The translations under genes and the position numbers were made by a program. Of a DNA stretch of 64,000 nucleotides, positions 40,222-53,215 are shown piece by piece (position 1 is the stretch's first letter; each line of letters opens with the position of its first letter). The DNA comes from an uncultured Alphaproteobacteria bacterium (GTDB taxonomy: Bacteria > Pseudomonadota > Alphaproteobacteria > UBA11222), in NCBI GenBank assembly GCA_947258435.1, contig CAMYID010000022.1:170961-234960 (forward strand). The letters run 5' to 3'. Under the pieces are notes generated by a model. That model searched no databases. It had not been told where the DNA came from and saw only the letters and a list, made by a program, of their open reading frames with translations.

Positions 40222-41031
40222 ATGGCTGGCAAGACCATCGTATTGACAGGGGCGTCTTCGGGCATCGGCGCCGCCACGGCGGAAATTTTGGTTGGCGAGG
40301 GGCATCGGCTCATTTCGCTCGACATTAAGGAAGCAGCACCCGGAGCGGCGCAGCATATTCACTGTGATATGAACGATCCGGCAGCAATCGATGCAGCGGT
40401 TGCCCAGATCGATGGCGATATTGACGGTTTGCTCAATGTCGCAGGCGTGCCAGGCACCGTGCCGCCGGAAGTGGTTATGGGTGTAAATATTCTTGGTCTG
40501 CGCCATCTGAGCAATGCGCTGATGGGTCGGCTCGCAGCAGGCGGGGCCATCGTAAACATTGCCTCGATTGCGGGTTTCACCTGGCAGCGTCGGATCAATG
40601 AGATCAACGAGTTTCTCGATACACCGGATTTCGCCAGCGGCCTTGCCTGGTGGGAAGCAAACAAAGGGGATCTGCGGATCGACCCTTATAGCTTTTCCAA
40701 GGAGTGTGTCGTCGTGCTGACCATGCGCCAGGCCGGGGAAGCACTGAACCGCGGTACTCGTGCCAACAGTGTTAGCCCCGGCCCGGTAGAAACCCCGATC
40801 CTGCCGGATTTCAAACGCCAGGCTGGGGAAGAGCAATTAGATTGGGTCATCGGCAAGACCGGTCGTGCAGCGCAACCGCGCGACATTGCCGAAGTCGTCT
40901 GCTATCTGGCAACCGGCCCGTCGCGCTGGATCAACGGGCGGGATGTTATTGTGGATGGCGGCTACAGTGCCGGCATTACCGCCCGCTGGATCGATACCAG
41001 CGACGCGCCAATCCGGACCCGCAGAGAATAG
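40222..41031 (+). CDS. SDR family oxidoreductase
   Basis: IVLTGASSGIGAATA Rossmann motif, NIASIAG, and the YSFSKE catalytic Y-x3-K. Confidence 0.8.
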   Translation: MAGKTIVLTGASSGIGAATAEILVGEGHRLISLDIKEAAPGAAQHIHCDMNDPAAIDAAVAQIDGDIDGLLNVAGVPGTVPPEVVMGVNILGLRHLSNALMGRLAAGGAIVNIASIAGFTWQRRINEINEFLDTPDFASGLAWWEANKGDLRIDPYSFSKECVVVLTMRQAGEALNRGTRANSVSPGPVETPILPDFKRQAGEEQLDWVIGKTGRAAQPRDIAEVVCYLATGPSRWINGRDVIVDGGYSAGITARWIDTSDAPIRTRRE

Positions 41032-41041
41032 CCGTCAGGCC

Positions 41042-41440
41042 ATGACCATCAAGCTCTGGGCATTGCTCGGAGCAGTGCTCCTCGGAGCGGCGCAGCTAGG
41101 CGCGCGGAGTTTTGCGTTAAAGCGCGGTAGGCTGGAAACGCCTATGAGCTGCGTCCGTGCAACACGTTCGTCGCCCCGACTGGCTTGACCCGATGGTTTG
41201 GCCGCGTGAGCCAGAATTTTCGCGAAACCTTTGCGCTATTCGATTTGAGCGTTTTCCAATCTGCCTGAATCATTTGGGACTCACACGAGCCCGCGCATCC
41301 GGTCTTCATCGATGAGACCTCTGTCTCGACCGAGATGGTCCGGCATTACGGCGGGCCAGGCACCGCTTGGCACGTGCTCACGCACCCCGATACCGCACGG
41401 CCACCGCAGGATGTGACCGAGAATGATTGGAAAATGCGCT
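41042..41440 (+). pseudogene. Possible IS630/Tc1-family transposase remnant (fragmentary)
   Basis: A short frame reads EPAHPVFIDETSVSTEMVRHYGGPGTAW, resembling the IS630 motif LVFIDETG..KM.R.YGR.PRG around the first catalytic D. An upstream piece, ...GAAQLGARSFALKRGRLETP, weakly resembles the IS630 HTH region. Interrupted by stops and frame breaks. Confidence 0.35.
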
Positions 41441-41491
41441 AACCGGTTGTTAGGCCGGGGTGTCTTCGGATTTCCAGGGTGTCTTCGGAAT

Positions 41492-41920
41492 TTATGTGAA
41501 CGGTCTGTTCTTGGATGCCGGTTCCATGGTCGACAGCAATTCCAGCAAATTCCCGTCCGGATCCCGAAAATACACCGATTGTCCCCATTTCCCGTCTGCG
41601 GCAGGGCGCGGTGCGGGGCCTTCTTCGATGGTAATATGATGGCTGCGCAGCAGTTCCTGCGCCTCGGAAATTGTCCCGTCCCACCGGAAACATAGATCCG
41701 CAGATCCGCTTGTGGGTGTTCTGGCATGGGGTGCGGCAGGTGCGACGGCGGGATGTACATTCATGCGGTTGGCGCCAAGTTGCATGGAAACCACAGGAAT
41801 TTTGCCTTCGCGCCACTCCTTCTCCCATAAAATTTCGGCGCCCAGCACTTCCCTGTAGAATTTGATTGTTGTCTCGATATCGGCGACGGTGATCGCGTAA
41901 TGGTCAAATCCCCTGATCAT
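41492..41920 (-). CDS. VOC (glyoxalase/bleomycin-resistance/dioxygenase) family protein
   Basis: MIRGFDHYAITVADIETTIKFYREVLG...VYFRDPDGNLLEL; a paired beta-alpha-beta-beta-beta module. Confidence 0.75.
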   Translation of the reverse strand: MIRGFDHYAITVADIETTIKFYREVLGAEILWEKEWREGKIPVVSMQLGANRMNVHPAVAPAAPHARTPTSGSADLCFRWDGTISEAQELLRSHHITIEEGPAPRPAADGKWGQSVYFRDPDGNLLELLSTMEPASKNRPFT

Positions 41921-42211
41921 TTCCGTCTCCTCCTGTCTTGCCGGTTATGACGGTCTGTATTTTTCTTCGCTGTGGCGGACCCGGCCGCCTGTATATGCGC
42001 GGTCAGGGTATAGCGCCGCGGGTCACACAACAATTGACCATTACACCTTTTATTCCTGTTACTCATTCTCTTGTATCTGGAATGCTCATATATCCGGCCT
42101 CACATGCGGTATCTGCGCGGCGCTGGCCCAGACGGGCTGGCAGCCGACGGCAAAGCGCATTAAGCTTTCGCGGCAAGTGTTTGTTGAGACGGGCTTGGGG
42201 GGCCGTTTGCG

Positions 42212-43750
42212 ATGGTGGCGCGGGTATATACGGTTGCCTTTGAAGGGGTGGATGCGCGAACGGTCGATGTGCAGGTACAGATCAGCGCGGGACTGCCGGC
42301 ATTTTCTATCGTTGGCCTGCCCGACAAGGCGGTGGCGGAAAGTCGCGAACGCGTGCGCGGTGCCTTGTCGGCGATCGGTCTGGCGCTGCCTGCCAGGCGG
42401 ATAACGGTTAACCTTGCCCCGGCGGACCTGCCAAAGGAAGGTAGCCATTTCGACTTGCCGATTGCGCTGGCACTGCTGGCTGCGATGCAGATTGTCCCGC
42501 CCGATGCGATTATCGATTATACGGCGCTCGGGGAACTCTCGCTTGATGCGAATATCGTTTTCGTGCCCGGCGTACTGGCCGCGGCGATTGCCGCCACGGC
42601 GGAAGAGCGGGGTCTGATCTGCCCGCAATCCTGTGGCGCGGAAGCGGCGTTTGCCGGTAATCGGGATATACTCGCCGCGCCGGATCTGCTCTGTCTCATC
42701 AATCATTTCAAGGGCAGCCAGCTATTGTCCGCGCCGCAACCCAATATGGTGACATCAGAGGGGGGCGGGCCGTCTTCCCCGGTCGATCTGGCCGATGTGA
42801 AAGGTCAGGAAACCGCGAAAAGAGCGCTCGAAATCGCCGCGGCGGGTGGTCACAATCTGCTGATGAGCGGCCCGCCGGGCGCGGGAAAATCGATGCTGGC
42901 TGCCTGTCTGCCGGATTTGCTGCCGCCTTTGAGTGCCCGCGAGGCGCTGGAGGTCAGTATGATCGCAAGTGTCGCCGGTGCGTTGCGTGAGGGGCAGATT
43001 ACGCGGCGGCGGCCCTATCGCGATCCACATCATTCCGCAAGCATGGCAGCGATGGTAGGGGGCGGTGCGCGCGCCAGACCCGGCGAGGTCTCGCTTGCCC
43101 ATCGTGGCGTTCTGTTCCTCGATGAACTGCCGGAATTTTCCCGGCAGGTGCTTGATTCGCTTCGGCAGCCGCTGGAATCGGGGGAAACGGTTATCGCCCG
43201 GGCAAATGCGCATATCCGCTACCCCTCGCAGGTGCAGCTTGTCGCGGCGATGAATCCCTGTCGCTGCGGTTATCTCGCGGATCCGGGCCGTGCCTGTTCA
43301 CGTGCGCCGCGATGCGGGCGCGATTATCAAAGCCGCATTTCAGGACCGCTGTTTGACCGGATCGATCTGCATATTGAAGTCAATGCCGTTTCCGCAGCAG
43401 ATTTGCAGAACAGAACGATGGGGGAAACAAGCGCCGAGGTCGGCGCGCGTGTTGCCGCCGCCCGGACCCTGCAGGCGGTACGCTATGATAATCTGGGTGT
43501 CGGGCCTGAAAGCCGTCCCGACAACCCGGTCACGGTTAATGCGCAGGCTGATGGCGCGGTACTGCAAACGGTTGCGAGCCCCGATCAGGAGGGTAGGACG
43601 CTTTTGCTGCGCGCAACCGAAACGCTGGGGCTGAGCGCGCGCGCCTATCACCGGGTGCTGCGTGTGGCGCGGACATTGGCGGATCTTGAGAATTGCGACA
43701 GGATCGGCCGTATCCATATCGCCGAGGCATTGAGCTACCGGCAGACATAG
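42212..43750 (+). CDS. comM: YifB/ComM family Mg-chelatase-like AAA+ ATPase
   Basis: N-terminal Lon-like domain (LPAFSIVGLPDKAVAESRERVR), Walker A GPPGAGKSMLA, FLDELPEF and C-terminal ChlI-like domains. Confidence 0.88.
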   Translation: MVARVYTVAFEGVDARTVDVQVQISAGLPAFSIVGLPDKAVAESRERVRGALSAIGLALPARRITVNLAPADLPKEGSHFDLPIALALLAAMQIVPPDAIIDYTALGELSLDANIVFVPGVLAAAIAATAEERGLICPQSCGAEAAFAGNRDILAAPDLLCLINHFKGSQLLSAPQPNMVTSEGGGPSSPVDLADVKGQETAKRALEIAAAGGHNLLMSGPPGAGKSMLAACLPDLLPPLSAREALEVSMIASVAGALREGQITRRRPYRDPHHSASMAAMVGGGARARPGEVSLAHRGVLFLDELPEFSRQVLDSLRQPLESGETVIARANAHIRYPSQVQLVAAMNPCRCGYLADPGRACSRAPRCGRDYQSRISGPLFDRIDLHIEVNAVSAADLQNRTMGETSAEVGARVAAARTLQAVRYDNLGVGPESRPDNPVTVNAQADGAVLQTVASPDQEGRTLLLRATETLGLSARAYHRVLRVARTLADLENCDRIGRIHIAEALSYRQT

Positions 43751-43821
43751 TTCCGCCTTGCCCATTGGCATGCAATCGGGCAGACCGGGGCAAGGATCGA
43801 TAGCCAGAAACAGGTCAGGGC

Positions 43822-44343
43822 ATGGCGGCTGACATCACGATTTTCCGGGGGGATATCACCCGTCTTGCGGTCGATGCGATCGTCAATGCGGCGAATGAGA
43901 CATTGCTTGGCGGCGGCGGTGTCGATGGGGCAATCCACCGCGCCGCCGGTCCGCAATTACTGGCTGAATGCCGGACGCTCGCTGGTTGTCCGACAGGGCA
44001 GGCAAAAAGGACAGCGGGCTATAATCTGCCGGCAAAATATGTATTCCATACGGTTGGCCCGATCTGGCGCGGCGGCAGGGCGGATGAGGCGGCGCTGCTT
44101 GCGCGGTGCTACCGCTCCTGTTTCGATCTGGCGGCGGAAACGGCCATCGCTTCCATCGCTTTTCCCGCGATCAGCACGGGGGTGTACGGATTTCCGGCGG
44201 AACAGGCGGCACATATCGCGCGGCGTGAAACGGAGTATGCCCTGCAGAGAGGGGTGCCGGATTTGCGGAAAATCCTGTTTGTTGGCTTTGATGTGACGGC
44301 AGAACAAATACTTTTGAAAGCATTTGCCCCTATTCTGAGCTAG
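43822..44343 (+). CDS. Macro domain protein (O-acetyl-ADP-ribose deacetylase, YmdB-like)
   Basis: [33 protein letters not shown]...[13 protein letters not shown]; macro-domain catalytic motifs. Confidence 0.8.
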   Translation: MAADITIFRGDITRLAVDAIVNAANETLLGGGGVDGAIHRAAGPQLLAECRTLAGCPTGQAKRTAGYNLPAKYVFHTVGPIWRGGRADEAALLARCYRSCFDLAAETAIASIAFPAISTGVYGFPAEQAAHIARRETEYALQRGVPDLRKILFVGFDVTAEQILLKAFAPILS

Positions 44344-44411
44344 AATTTTCATTATTTGACAATCCCGCCAAATCGTTGCGCTGGTGAGTCAGATATCGGC
44401 TGGGGGAAGAA

Positions 44412-44969
44412 ATGGCCGGTCCGGAACGGTTCGAGACGCGAAAATTGCTGGTTTACTGGAAGCGGATCCGTGGTGAGAAGCGGTTTCCGTCTTCCGATGA
44501 TATTGACCGTGGCAAGCTTGCGTTATTTGAACCCAATCTGTTCGAGCTGAAGATCGTCGATCCGGAAACGGTTATGGTCATGCATGTGGGCGATACATTG
44601 ATCGCGCGTATGGGCAACATAGACATTTGCGGCAAGAACCTGTTTGAACTGTTCGATGCAGCGCGTGTGTCTGACATGCGGCGGCGCTTTCAGTTGATGT
44701 TCGATATTGCCTGCGCCCTGTGCACCCACAATGATGTGTTCACCGCAGACGGTGAAGAGCTGCGCGCGGAAACGCTGTTTCTGCCGGTTGATGACGGGCC
44801 GGACAAGCCGCGTCGCATTTTCGGCACCATCTACTACACACACGGTCCCGACAGCCGTAATATCGAGTTGCAGGATCCGGCTATGGCTTTGCAGGCCGAA
44901 ACCTTTCTTGAGGTGGGTAATGGCTATGCGATCGCCCTGGACGGTTCGGATATTTCGCGGCTGCGCCGT

Positions 44970-44981
<12 letters not shown>
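44412..44981 (+). CDS. Small PAS-like (PAS_5-type) domain protein
   Basis: 189 aa. The family call rests on size and hydrophobic pattern only; weak. Confidence 0.4.
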
Positions 44982-47261
<2,280 letters not shown>

Positions 47262-47498
47262 CGAACTCCCTAAGGCGTTAAAGGTCCCATACGGCGAATG
47301 CAGGTCATCGGGATGATGGCATGGCCCGCTTCGGCTTTATTGCAATTTGATAAATTTGTAAGGGATTGCGCGGCTTTCCGCCACAGCAAATATCCCTGTG
47401 CCGGGTGCGATTTGCGCGACGTGCCGATGTCGCAGCAAATCCACCTGCTTTATGTTAGGTTGACCGGATCAGCAATCTGCGACCGTCGATAATAAAAC

Positions 47499-50195
47499 GT
47501 GACAGTGAAACGCCAGACAACCGACACTCCCACCCCGATGATGGCACAATATCTGGCCATTAAGGATCAGCATAAGGACTATCTTCTGTTCTACCGGATG
47601 GGGGACTTTTACGAGCTGTTTTTCGACGATGCGGTAAAGGCGGCCAAAGCCCTCGACATTGCGCTGACAAAGCGCGGAAAGCATCTGGGGGACGATATTC
47701 CGATGTGCGGGGTGCCGGTTCATTCCGCCGAAGGTTATCTCGCGAAATTGCAGGAAAAGGGTTTCAAGGTCGCGGTCTGCGAACAGACCGAAGATCCCGC
47801 CGAGGCGAAGAAGCGCGGTTCAAAGGCAGTGGTGCAGCGCGAGGTGGTGCGGCTTGTGACCGGGGGCACGTTGACCGAGGATAATCTGCTTGATTCGCGG
47901 CGGCACAATTATCTTGCGGCTATCGCCGCCACCGGGGCCGGTGCGCGCGACTGGGCGCTTGCCTGGTGCGATATTTCGACCGGGGCGTTTGCTGTGATGG
48001 CACTGTCCGCGGATCTGTTTTCTGCGGAACTTGCACGGCTTGTGCCGGGTGAGTTGCTGCTGTCTGAAAAGCTTGCCGATCAGGAGGTGCTGCAGCCGCT
48101 TGTTGCGGAAATGCAGGCGGCGGTTACCTGGCTGCCGGCCCGCAACTTTGACAGCGCGGCGGGGGAGCGTGCGCTGAAGCAGCTGTTTGCGGTCGGCGCG
48201 CTTGAGGGGTTTGGCAGTTTCGGACGCGCGGAGCTTGCCGCCTGCGGTGCCCTGATCAGCTATATCGAGCTGACGCAGAAAGGCCGCCTGCCGATGCTGC
48301 GCCCGCCGCGGCGGCATGCGGATGGGGCGATCATGGCCATCGATGCGGCGACGCGGCGGAGCCTTGAGCTGACGCAAACCCTGTCGGGTGAGCGCAGGGG
48401 CAGTCTGCTTGCGGCCATCGACCGGACCGTGACCGGCGCGGGTGCGCGGATGCTGGGGGAATGGCTTGCCGGCCCGTTGACCGAGAGTAGTCAAATCCAC
48501 CGGCGACAGGAGGTCGTGCAGTATTTCGTCACCGACACGCAGCTGGGCGAGACGGTCCGGCAGGCATTGCGCCAATGCCCTGATCTTGAACGGGCATTGG
48601 CACGGCTATCGCTGGGTCGCGGCGGGCCGCGCGATCTGCTTGCGGTGTGTACCGCCCTGCAGCAGGCAGCGGCGATTCGCGACGCGCTGGGCAGCCATCC
48701 TGCCGATCTGGTTGGCGTACCGGATATATTGGCTGAAGCGCGGGCCGATCTTGGCCAACAGCAGCCTTTGATTGACGAGCTGACCCGCGCGCTCAGGCCC
48801 GAACCGCCGTTGTTGACCCGCGATGGCGGATTTATCGCGGAGGGCTATCATGCCGCGCTTGATGAATTGCGGCTTCTGGCGAGCGAAAGCAAGCGGGTGA
48901 TCTCGGGCCTTGAGGCGCGCTATCGCGAGGAGAGCGGCATCGAGCGGCTGCGGATCCGGCACAATAATGTGCTGGGCTATTTTATCGAGACAACGGCCAG
49001 TGCCGGCGACCGGCTGATGCGGCCACCCCTTGATGAGACTTTCATTCATCGCCAGACGCTTGCCAATAATGTGCGTTTTACGACCGTCGCACTGGGGGAG
49101 CTTGAGCGTGAGATTACCCAGGCGGGTGGCAAGGCGCTGGCGATCGAGCTTGAGCTGTGGGAGGCCCTGCTTGCCGCTCTGGCTGAACAGGGGCAGGCGC
49201 TGCAGCGGATGGCGCAGGCACTTGCCTTTCTCGATGTGACGACCGGGCTTGCCGCGCTGGCGGTGAGCGAGCGTTATGTCCGCCCGCAGGTCGATGACAG
49301 CCGCGCCTTTCAGATCGTGGCGGGGCGGCATCCGGTGGTTGAACAGGCGCTGGCACGGGAGGCGGCAAGTTTTGTCGCCAATGATTGCGATCTGGGCGCG
49401 GATGGCGGCGGCGACACGGACGGGCACTGGCTGTGGCTTGTCACCGGGCCCAATATGGCGGGTAAATCAACATTCCTGCGGCAAAATGCCCTGATCGCGA
49501 TTCTGGCCCAGATTGGCAGTTTCGTGCCGGCGGAAACCGCTCATATTGGCCGGATCGACCGCTTGTTCAGCCGGGTCGGCGCTTCGGACGATCTGGCGCG
49601 GGGACGGTCGACCTTCATGGTTGAAATGGTGGAAACCGCCGCGATCCTCAATCAGGCGGGGGAGCGGGCGCTTGTGATCCTCGATGAAATCGGGCGCGGC
49701 ACGGCAACCTATGATGGCCTGTCGATTGCCTGGGCGACGCTAGAGCATTTGCACGATGTCAATCGCTGCCGTGCCTTGTTTGCGACCCACTATCATGAGC
49801 TGACCGCACTGTCGGACCGGATGGCCGGCATTGCCAATGTGACCATGCGGGTGCGTGAATGGGAAGGCGATGTGATTTTTCTGCATGAGGTGATGGGCGG
49901 CGCCGCAGACCGGTCTTACGGCATTCATGTGGCGCGGCTTGCGGGGTTGCCCGATGCGGTGCTGCAGCGCGCGCAACAGGTGCTCGACAGACTTGAGGGG
50001 GAGGCGATGACGAACCCCGACAAAAAACTGGCGGAGGATTTGCCTTTATTTAACGCCGCCACCCTGACAGACAGGCCGCGATCGGAGGTCCCGCCCGATC
50101 CGGTTACGGCAGAACTTGCCGCAATCACGCCCGATGAGCTCAGCCCGAAACAGGCACTTGATATAATTTACCGATTGAAAGCGCTGATTAAGTAG
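47499..50195 (+). CDS. mutS: DNA mismatch repair protein MutS
   Basis: [34 protein letters not shown] (mismatch-binding domain), Walker [10 protein letters not shown], and DEIGRGT. Confidence 0.93.
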   Translation: MTVKRQTTDTPTPMMAQYLAIKDQHKDYLLFYRMGDFYELFFDDAVKAAKALDIALTKRGKHLGDDIPMCGVPVHSAEGYLAKLQEKGFKVAVCEQTEDPAEAKKRGSKAVVQREVVRLVTGGTLTEDNLLDSRRHNYLAAIAATGAGARDWALAWCDISTGAFAVMALSADLFSAELARLVPGELLLSEKLADQEVLQPLVAEMQAAVTWLPARNFDSAAGERALKQLFAVGALEGFGSFGRAELAACGALISYIELTQKGRLPMLRPPRRHADGAIMAIDAATRRSLELTQTLSGERRGSLLAAIDRTVTGAGARMLGEWLAGPLTESSQIHRRQEVVQYFVTDTQLGETVRQALRQCPDLERALARLSLGRGGPRDLLAVCTALQQAAAIRDALGSHPADLVGVPDILAEARADLGQQQPLIDELTRALRPEPPLLTRDGGFIAEGYHAALDELRLLASESKRVISGLEARYREESGIERLRIRHNNVLGYFIETTASAGDRLMRPPLDETFIHRQTLANNVRFTTVALGELEREITQAGGKALAIELELWEALLAALAEQGQALQRMAQALAFLDVTTGLAALAVSERYVRPQVDDSRAFQIVAGRHPVVEQALAREAASFVANDCDLGADGGGDTDGHWLWLVTGPNMAGKSTFLRQNALIAILAQIGSFVPAETAHIGRIDRLFSRVGASDDLARGRSTFMVEMVETAAILNQAGERALVILDEIGRGTATYDGLSIAWATLEHLHDVNRCRALFATHYHELTALSDRMAGIANVTMRVREWEGDVIFLHEVMGGAADRSYGIHVARLAGLPDAVLQRAQQVLDRLEGEAMTNPDKKLAEDLPLFNAATLTDRPRSEVPPDPVTAELAAITPDELSPKQALDIIYRLKALIK

Positions 50196-50273
50196 GTTTT
50201 TTCCACTAAGCTGTCGGAATGCTGTTTGGCAGCGCCCTTAACCGGGCCCATATGATATCGAGGACTGATTGCG

Positions 50274-53084
50274 ATGAATGTGCCGATCGACAAACTGATG
50301 GATGCGGAAATCGATACCGGTATGGTGGCTGTGCCCGAAATCGGCTTGCCTGAACGTGACACGCTTGTCGCATCATTGCGTGAAAATCCCGAAAATTTCG
50401 CCCCGATGAGCGCGGAGAACCGGCAACGCATCGCCGATATGCTGAAATCGACGCGCCAGCAATCGATGCAGGATATCGAGCAGGCGCTGCTTGCAGGCGC
50501 GTCCGGCCCGCAGGCGGTCAAGGCGATCGCTGATCTTCACGATCACATGATCCAGGCGCTGTTTGACTATGTGACGCAAACCGTGTTCCGCGCCACCAAC
50601 CCGACAAGTTCGGAGCGGATCTGCATCGCGGCGGTTGGCGGTTACGGGCGGGGCAGCCTTGCCCCTGAATCGGATATCGATCTGCTGTTCCTGCTGCCCT
50701 ATAAGCAGACCCCCTGGGGTGAGAGCGTTGTCGAATTCATGCTGTATATCCTGTGGGATACCGGATTGAAGGTCGGCAATTCCACCCGTTCGGTGGATGA
50801 ATGCGTGCGCCTGTCCCATGGCGATATGACAATTCGGACAGCGCTTCTTGAAAGCCGTTTCATCTGCGGCGATGAAAGCCTGTTCGCGGACCTTGAGACG
50901 CGTTACAGCGCTGACGTTGCGGCTGACCGCGGCATGACATTCGTCAATGCAAAACTCGCCGAGCGGACCGAACGGCATCGCCGCCAGGGGGAGACGCGCT
51001 ATCTTGTCGAACCCAATATCAAGGAGGGAAAGGGCGGATTACGCGATCTGCACACGCTTTACTGGATCGCGAAATATATTTACGGGATCGACGATGTCGG
51101 CGAACTTGTGGCGCGCGATATTCTGACAAAATCGGAATTTGACACCTTCTGCAAGGCGGAAGCCTTTTTGTGGCTTGTGCGCTGCCATCTGCATTATCAC
51201 ACCGGCCGGCCGATCGAGCGGCTGAGTTTCGATATTCAGCCCACCATCGCCAAGCGGCTGAATTACGCCGAACATGACGGATTGTCGGCGGTCGAATGGT
51301 TCATGAAGGACTATTTCCGTGTGGCCAAGGAGGTGGGAGATCTGACGCGGATTTTCTGTGCGGTGCTTGAGGAACAGCATCGCAAGCCCAAGGGGATCGG
51401 GCGCTTTCTGCCCCGTTTCGGCCGTCGCACGATGGAGCTTGAGGCGTTTGTTGCCGAAGGTGGCCGGCTCAATATCACCCATGAGGGCGTCTTTACCGAT
51501 GATCCGGCCAATCTGTTGCGCCTGTTCCACATGGCGCAGCATAACGATATCGATATTCATCCCGATGCGCTGCGGCTTGTAACCCGTTCGCTGCATCTGA
51601 TTGACGATGATCTGCGCGCGAACCCGCAAGCCAACCGTCTGTTTCTTGAAATGTTGTGCAGCCGGCAGGATCCCGAAACGACCCTGCGGCGTCTGAATGA
51701 GGCGGGTGTGTTTGGCGCGTTCGTACCCGATTTCGGTCGTATCGTCGCGATGATGCAGTTCAACATGTATCACCATTACACGGTGGATGAGCATCTGATC
51801 CGGGCGATCGGTATCCTGTCTGAAATCGAAAACGGCCGTCTGGAGGAAGATCATCCGGTCGCCAGTGAAATCATGCCGCGGGTCAAGAACCGCGCGGTGA
51901 TCTATCTTGCCGTGTTGCTGCACGATATCGCCAAAGGCCGGCCCGAGGATCATTCGGATGCGGGCGCTGCGATCGCGCGCGATTTATGTCCGCGCCTTGG
52001 ATTGTCGGAAGCCGAAACGGAGCTCACAGCCTGGCTTGTGCAAAATCATCTGCTGATGAGCGATGTGGCGCAGAAACGCGATATCGCCGACCCTAAAACC
52101 GTCTCCGACTTCGCGCAGCAGATGAAAAGCATGGAACGGTTGCGGCTGATGCTTGTGCTGACCGTAGTCGATATCCGTGCCGTCGGTCCGGGGGTCTGGA
52201 ATAGCTGGAAGGGTCAGCTTATCCGGCAGCTCTATTATGAAACCGAATCGATTCTGTCCGGCGGGCATGCGACCGCTGGCCGTGAACAGCGGGTCGAGGC
52301 GGCAAAGGCTGCCCTGAGCGAACGGTTGCAGGATATGGCGCCCGCCCTGCGCGAGCGGATCCTCGCGATGCATTATCCGCCCTATTGGCTGGCCGGTGAT
52401 ACCGATATTCATGAGAAGCATGCCCGGCTTGTCGCCGATTGCTGGACCGAAGATCTGCCGATCATGCTGAATTCGGAAATACATCGCGAACAGAGTGTCA
52501 CCGAAATTACCCTGTTTGCGCCCGATCATCCGGGGCTGTTTTCGCGTGTAGCGGGGGCCTTCGCATCGGCTGGTGCTGTGATCGTCGATGCGAAGATCTT
52601 CACAACCGCCGAAGGGATGGCGCTTGATATATTCTGGGTGCAGGATCGCGAAGATAATGCGGTGACAGAAAAATCGAAACTGCGGCGTTTGTCGAAAATT
52701 CTCAACGAGACGCTGAGCGGTAAATACCGCCCCCATGAGGTGCTGAAGGACAAGCGTAAGAAAGCCCCCAAACGTGAGGTGGCGTTCAGGGTGCCAAGTG
52801 TCATTCTGTTCGATAATGACGCCTCCAACAACGCCACGCTGATCGAGGTAACGACGCGCGACAGGCCGGGTCTGCTGCATGAGCTGACCTGGACATTGTT
52901 CGGCTGCGGTCTGTCGATTACATCGGCCCATGTCACCACCTATGGGGAAGAAGCGGTCGATACCTTCTATGTGCGCGATGCGTTCGGCCTCAAAATCACC
53001 AATCAGGGCAAGCTCGACAAGATCCGCGAGGCGTTGCTGACCGTCCTCGAAGAAACCGATCTGGCCCGTAACGCGGCTGCCTGA
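50274..53084 (+). CDS. glnD: [Protein-PII] uridylyltransferase/uridylyl-removing enzyme GlnD
   Basis: 936 aa: a nucleotidyltransferase domain (AVGGYGRGSLAPESDIDL), an HD domain (LLHDIAKG), and two C-terminal ACT domains. Confidence 0.92.
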   Translation: MNVPIDKLMDAEIDTGMVAVPEIGLPERDTLVASLRENPENFAPMSAENRQRIADMLKSTRQQSMQDIEQALLAGASGPQAVKAIADLHDHMIQALFDYVTQTVFRATNPTSSERICIAAVGGYGRGSLAPESDIDLLFLLPYKQTPWGESVVEFMLYILWDTGLKVGNSTRSVDECVRLSHGDMTIRTALLESRFICGDESLFADLETRYSADVAADRGMTFVNAKLAERTERHRRQGETRYLVEPNIKEGKGGLRDLHTLYWIAKYIYGIDDVGELVARDILTKSEFDTFCKAEAFLWLVRCHLHYHTGRPIERLSFDIQPTIAKRLNYAEHDGLSAVEWFMKDYFRVAKEVGDLTRIFCAVLEEQHRKPKGIGRFLPRFGRRTMELEAFVAEGGRLNITHEGVFTDDPANLLRLFHMAQHNDIDIHPDALRLVTRSLHLIDDDLRANPQANRLFLEMLCSRQDPETTLRRLNEAGVFGAFVPDFGRIVAMMQFNMYHHYTVDEHLIRAIGILSEIENGRLEEDHPVASEIMPRVKNRAVIYLAVLLHDIAKGRPEDHSDAGAAIARDLCPRLGLSEAETELTAWLVQNHLLMSDVAQKRDIADPKTVSDFAQQMKSMERLRLMLVLTVVDIRAVGPGVWNSWKGQLIRQLYYETESILSGGHATAGREQRVEAAKAALSERLQDMAPALRERILAMHYPPYWLAGDTDIHEKHARLVADCWTEDLPIMLNSEIHREQSVTEITLFAPDHPGLFSRVAGAFASAGAVIVDAKIFTTAEGMALDIFWVQDREDNAVTEKSKLRRLSKILNETLSGKYRPHEVLKDKRKKAPKREVAFRVPSVILFDNDASNNATLIEVTTRDRPGLLHELTWTLFGCGLSITSAHVTTYGEEAVDTFYVRDAFGLKITNQGKLDKIREALLTVLEETDLARNAAA

Positions 53085-53215
53085 ACCGGCCGCGCTCAAA
53101 CCGGGTACGCCCGGAAGAAGCGGCAATTGCTTGTCGTCAGGGGATTGCGGGATTGGCGAAAAAGGTGGGGTATTTGTCATTGCTGACAGAGACTGGACCC
53201 ATCTAACCTGCCCGC

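Noticed and set aside
38577-41920. Possible intact insertion sequence or prophage in the lower-GC islet
   Set aside because: Both transposase-like regions are broken into short frame-shifted pieces missing most of the catalytic core. No inverted terminal repeats, integrase, tRNA target or phage structural genes were found, so only decayed remnants are reported.
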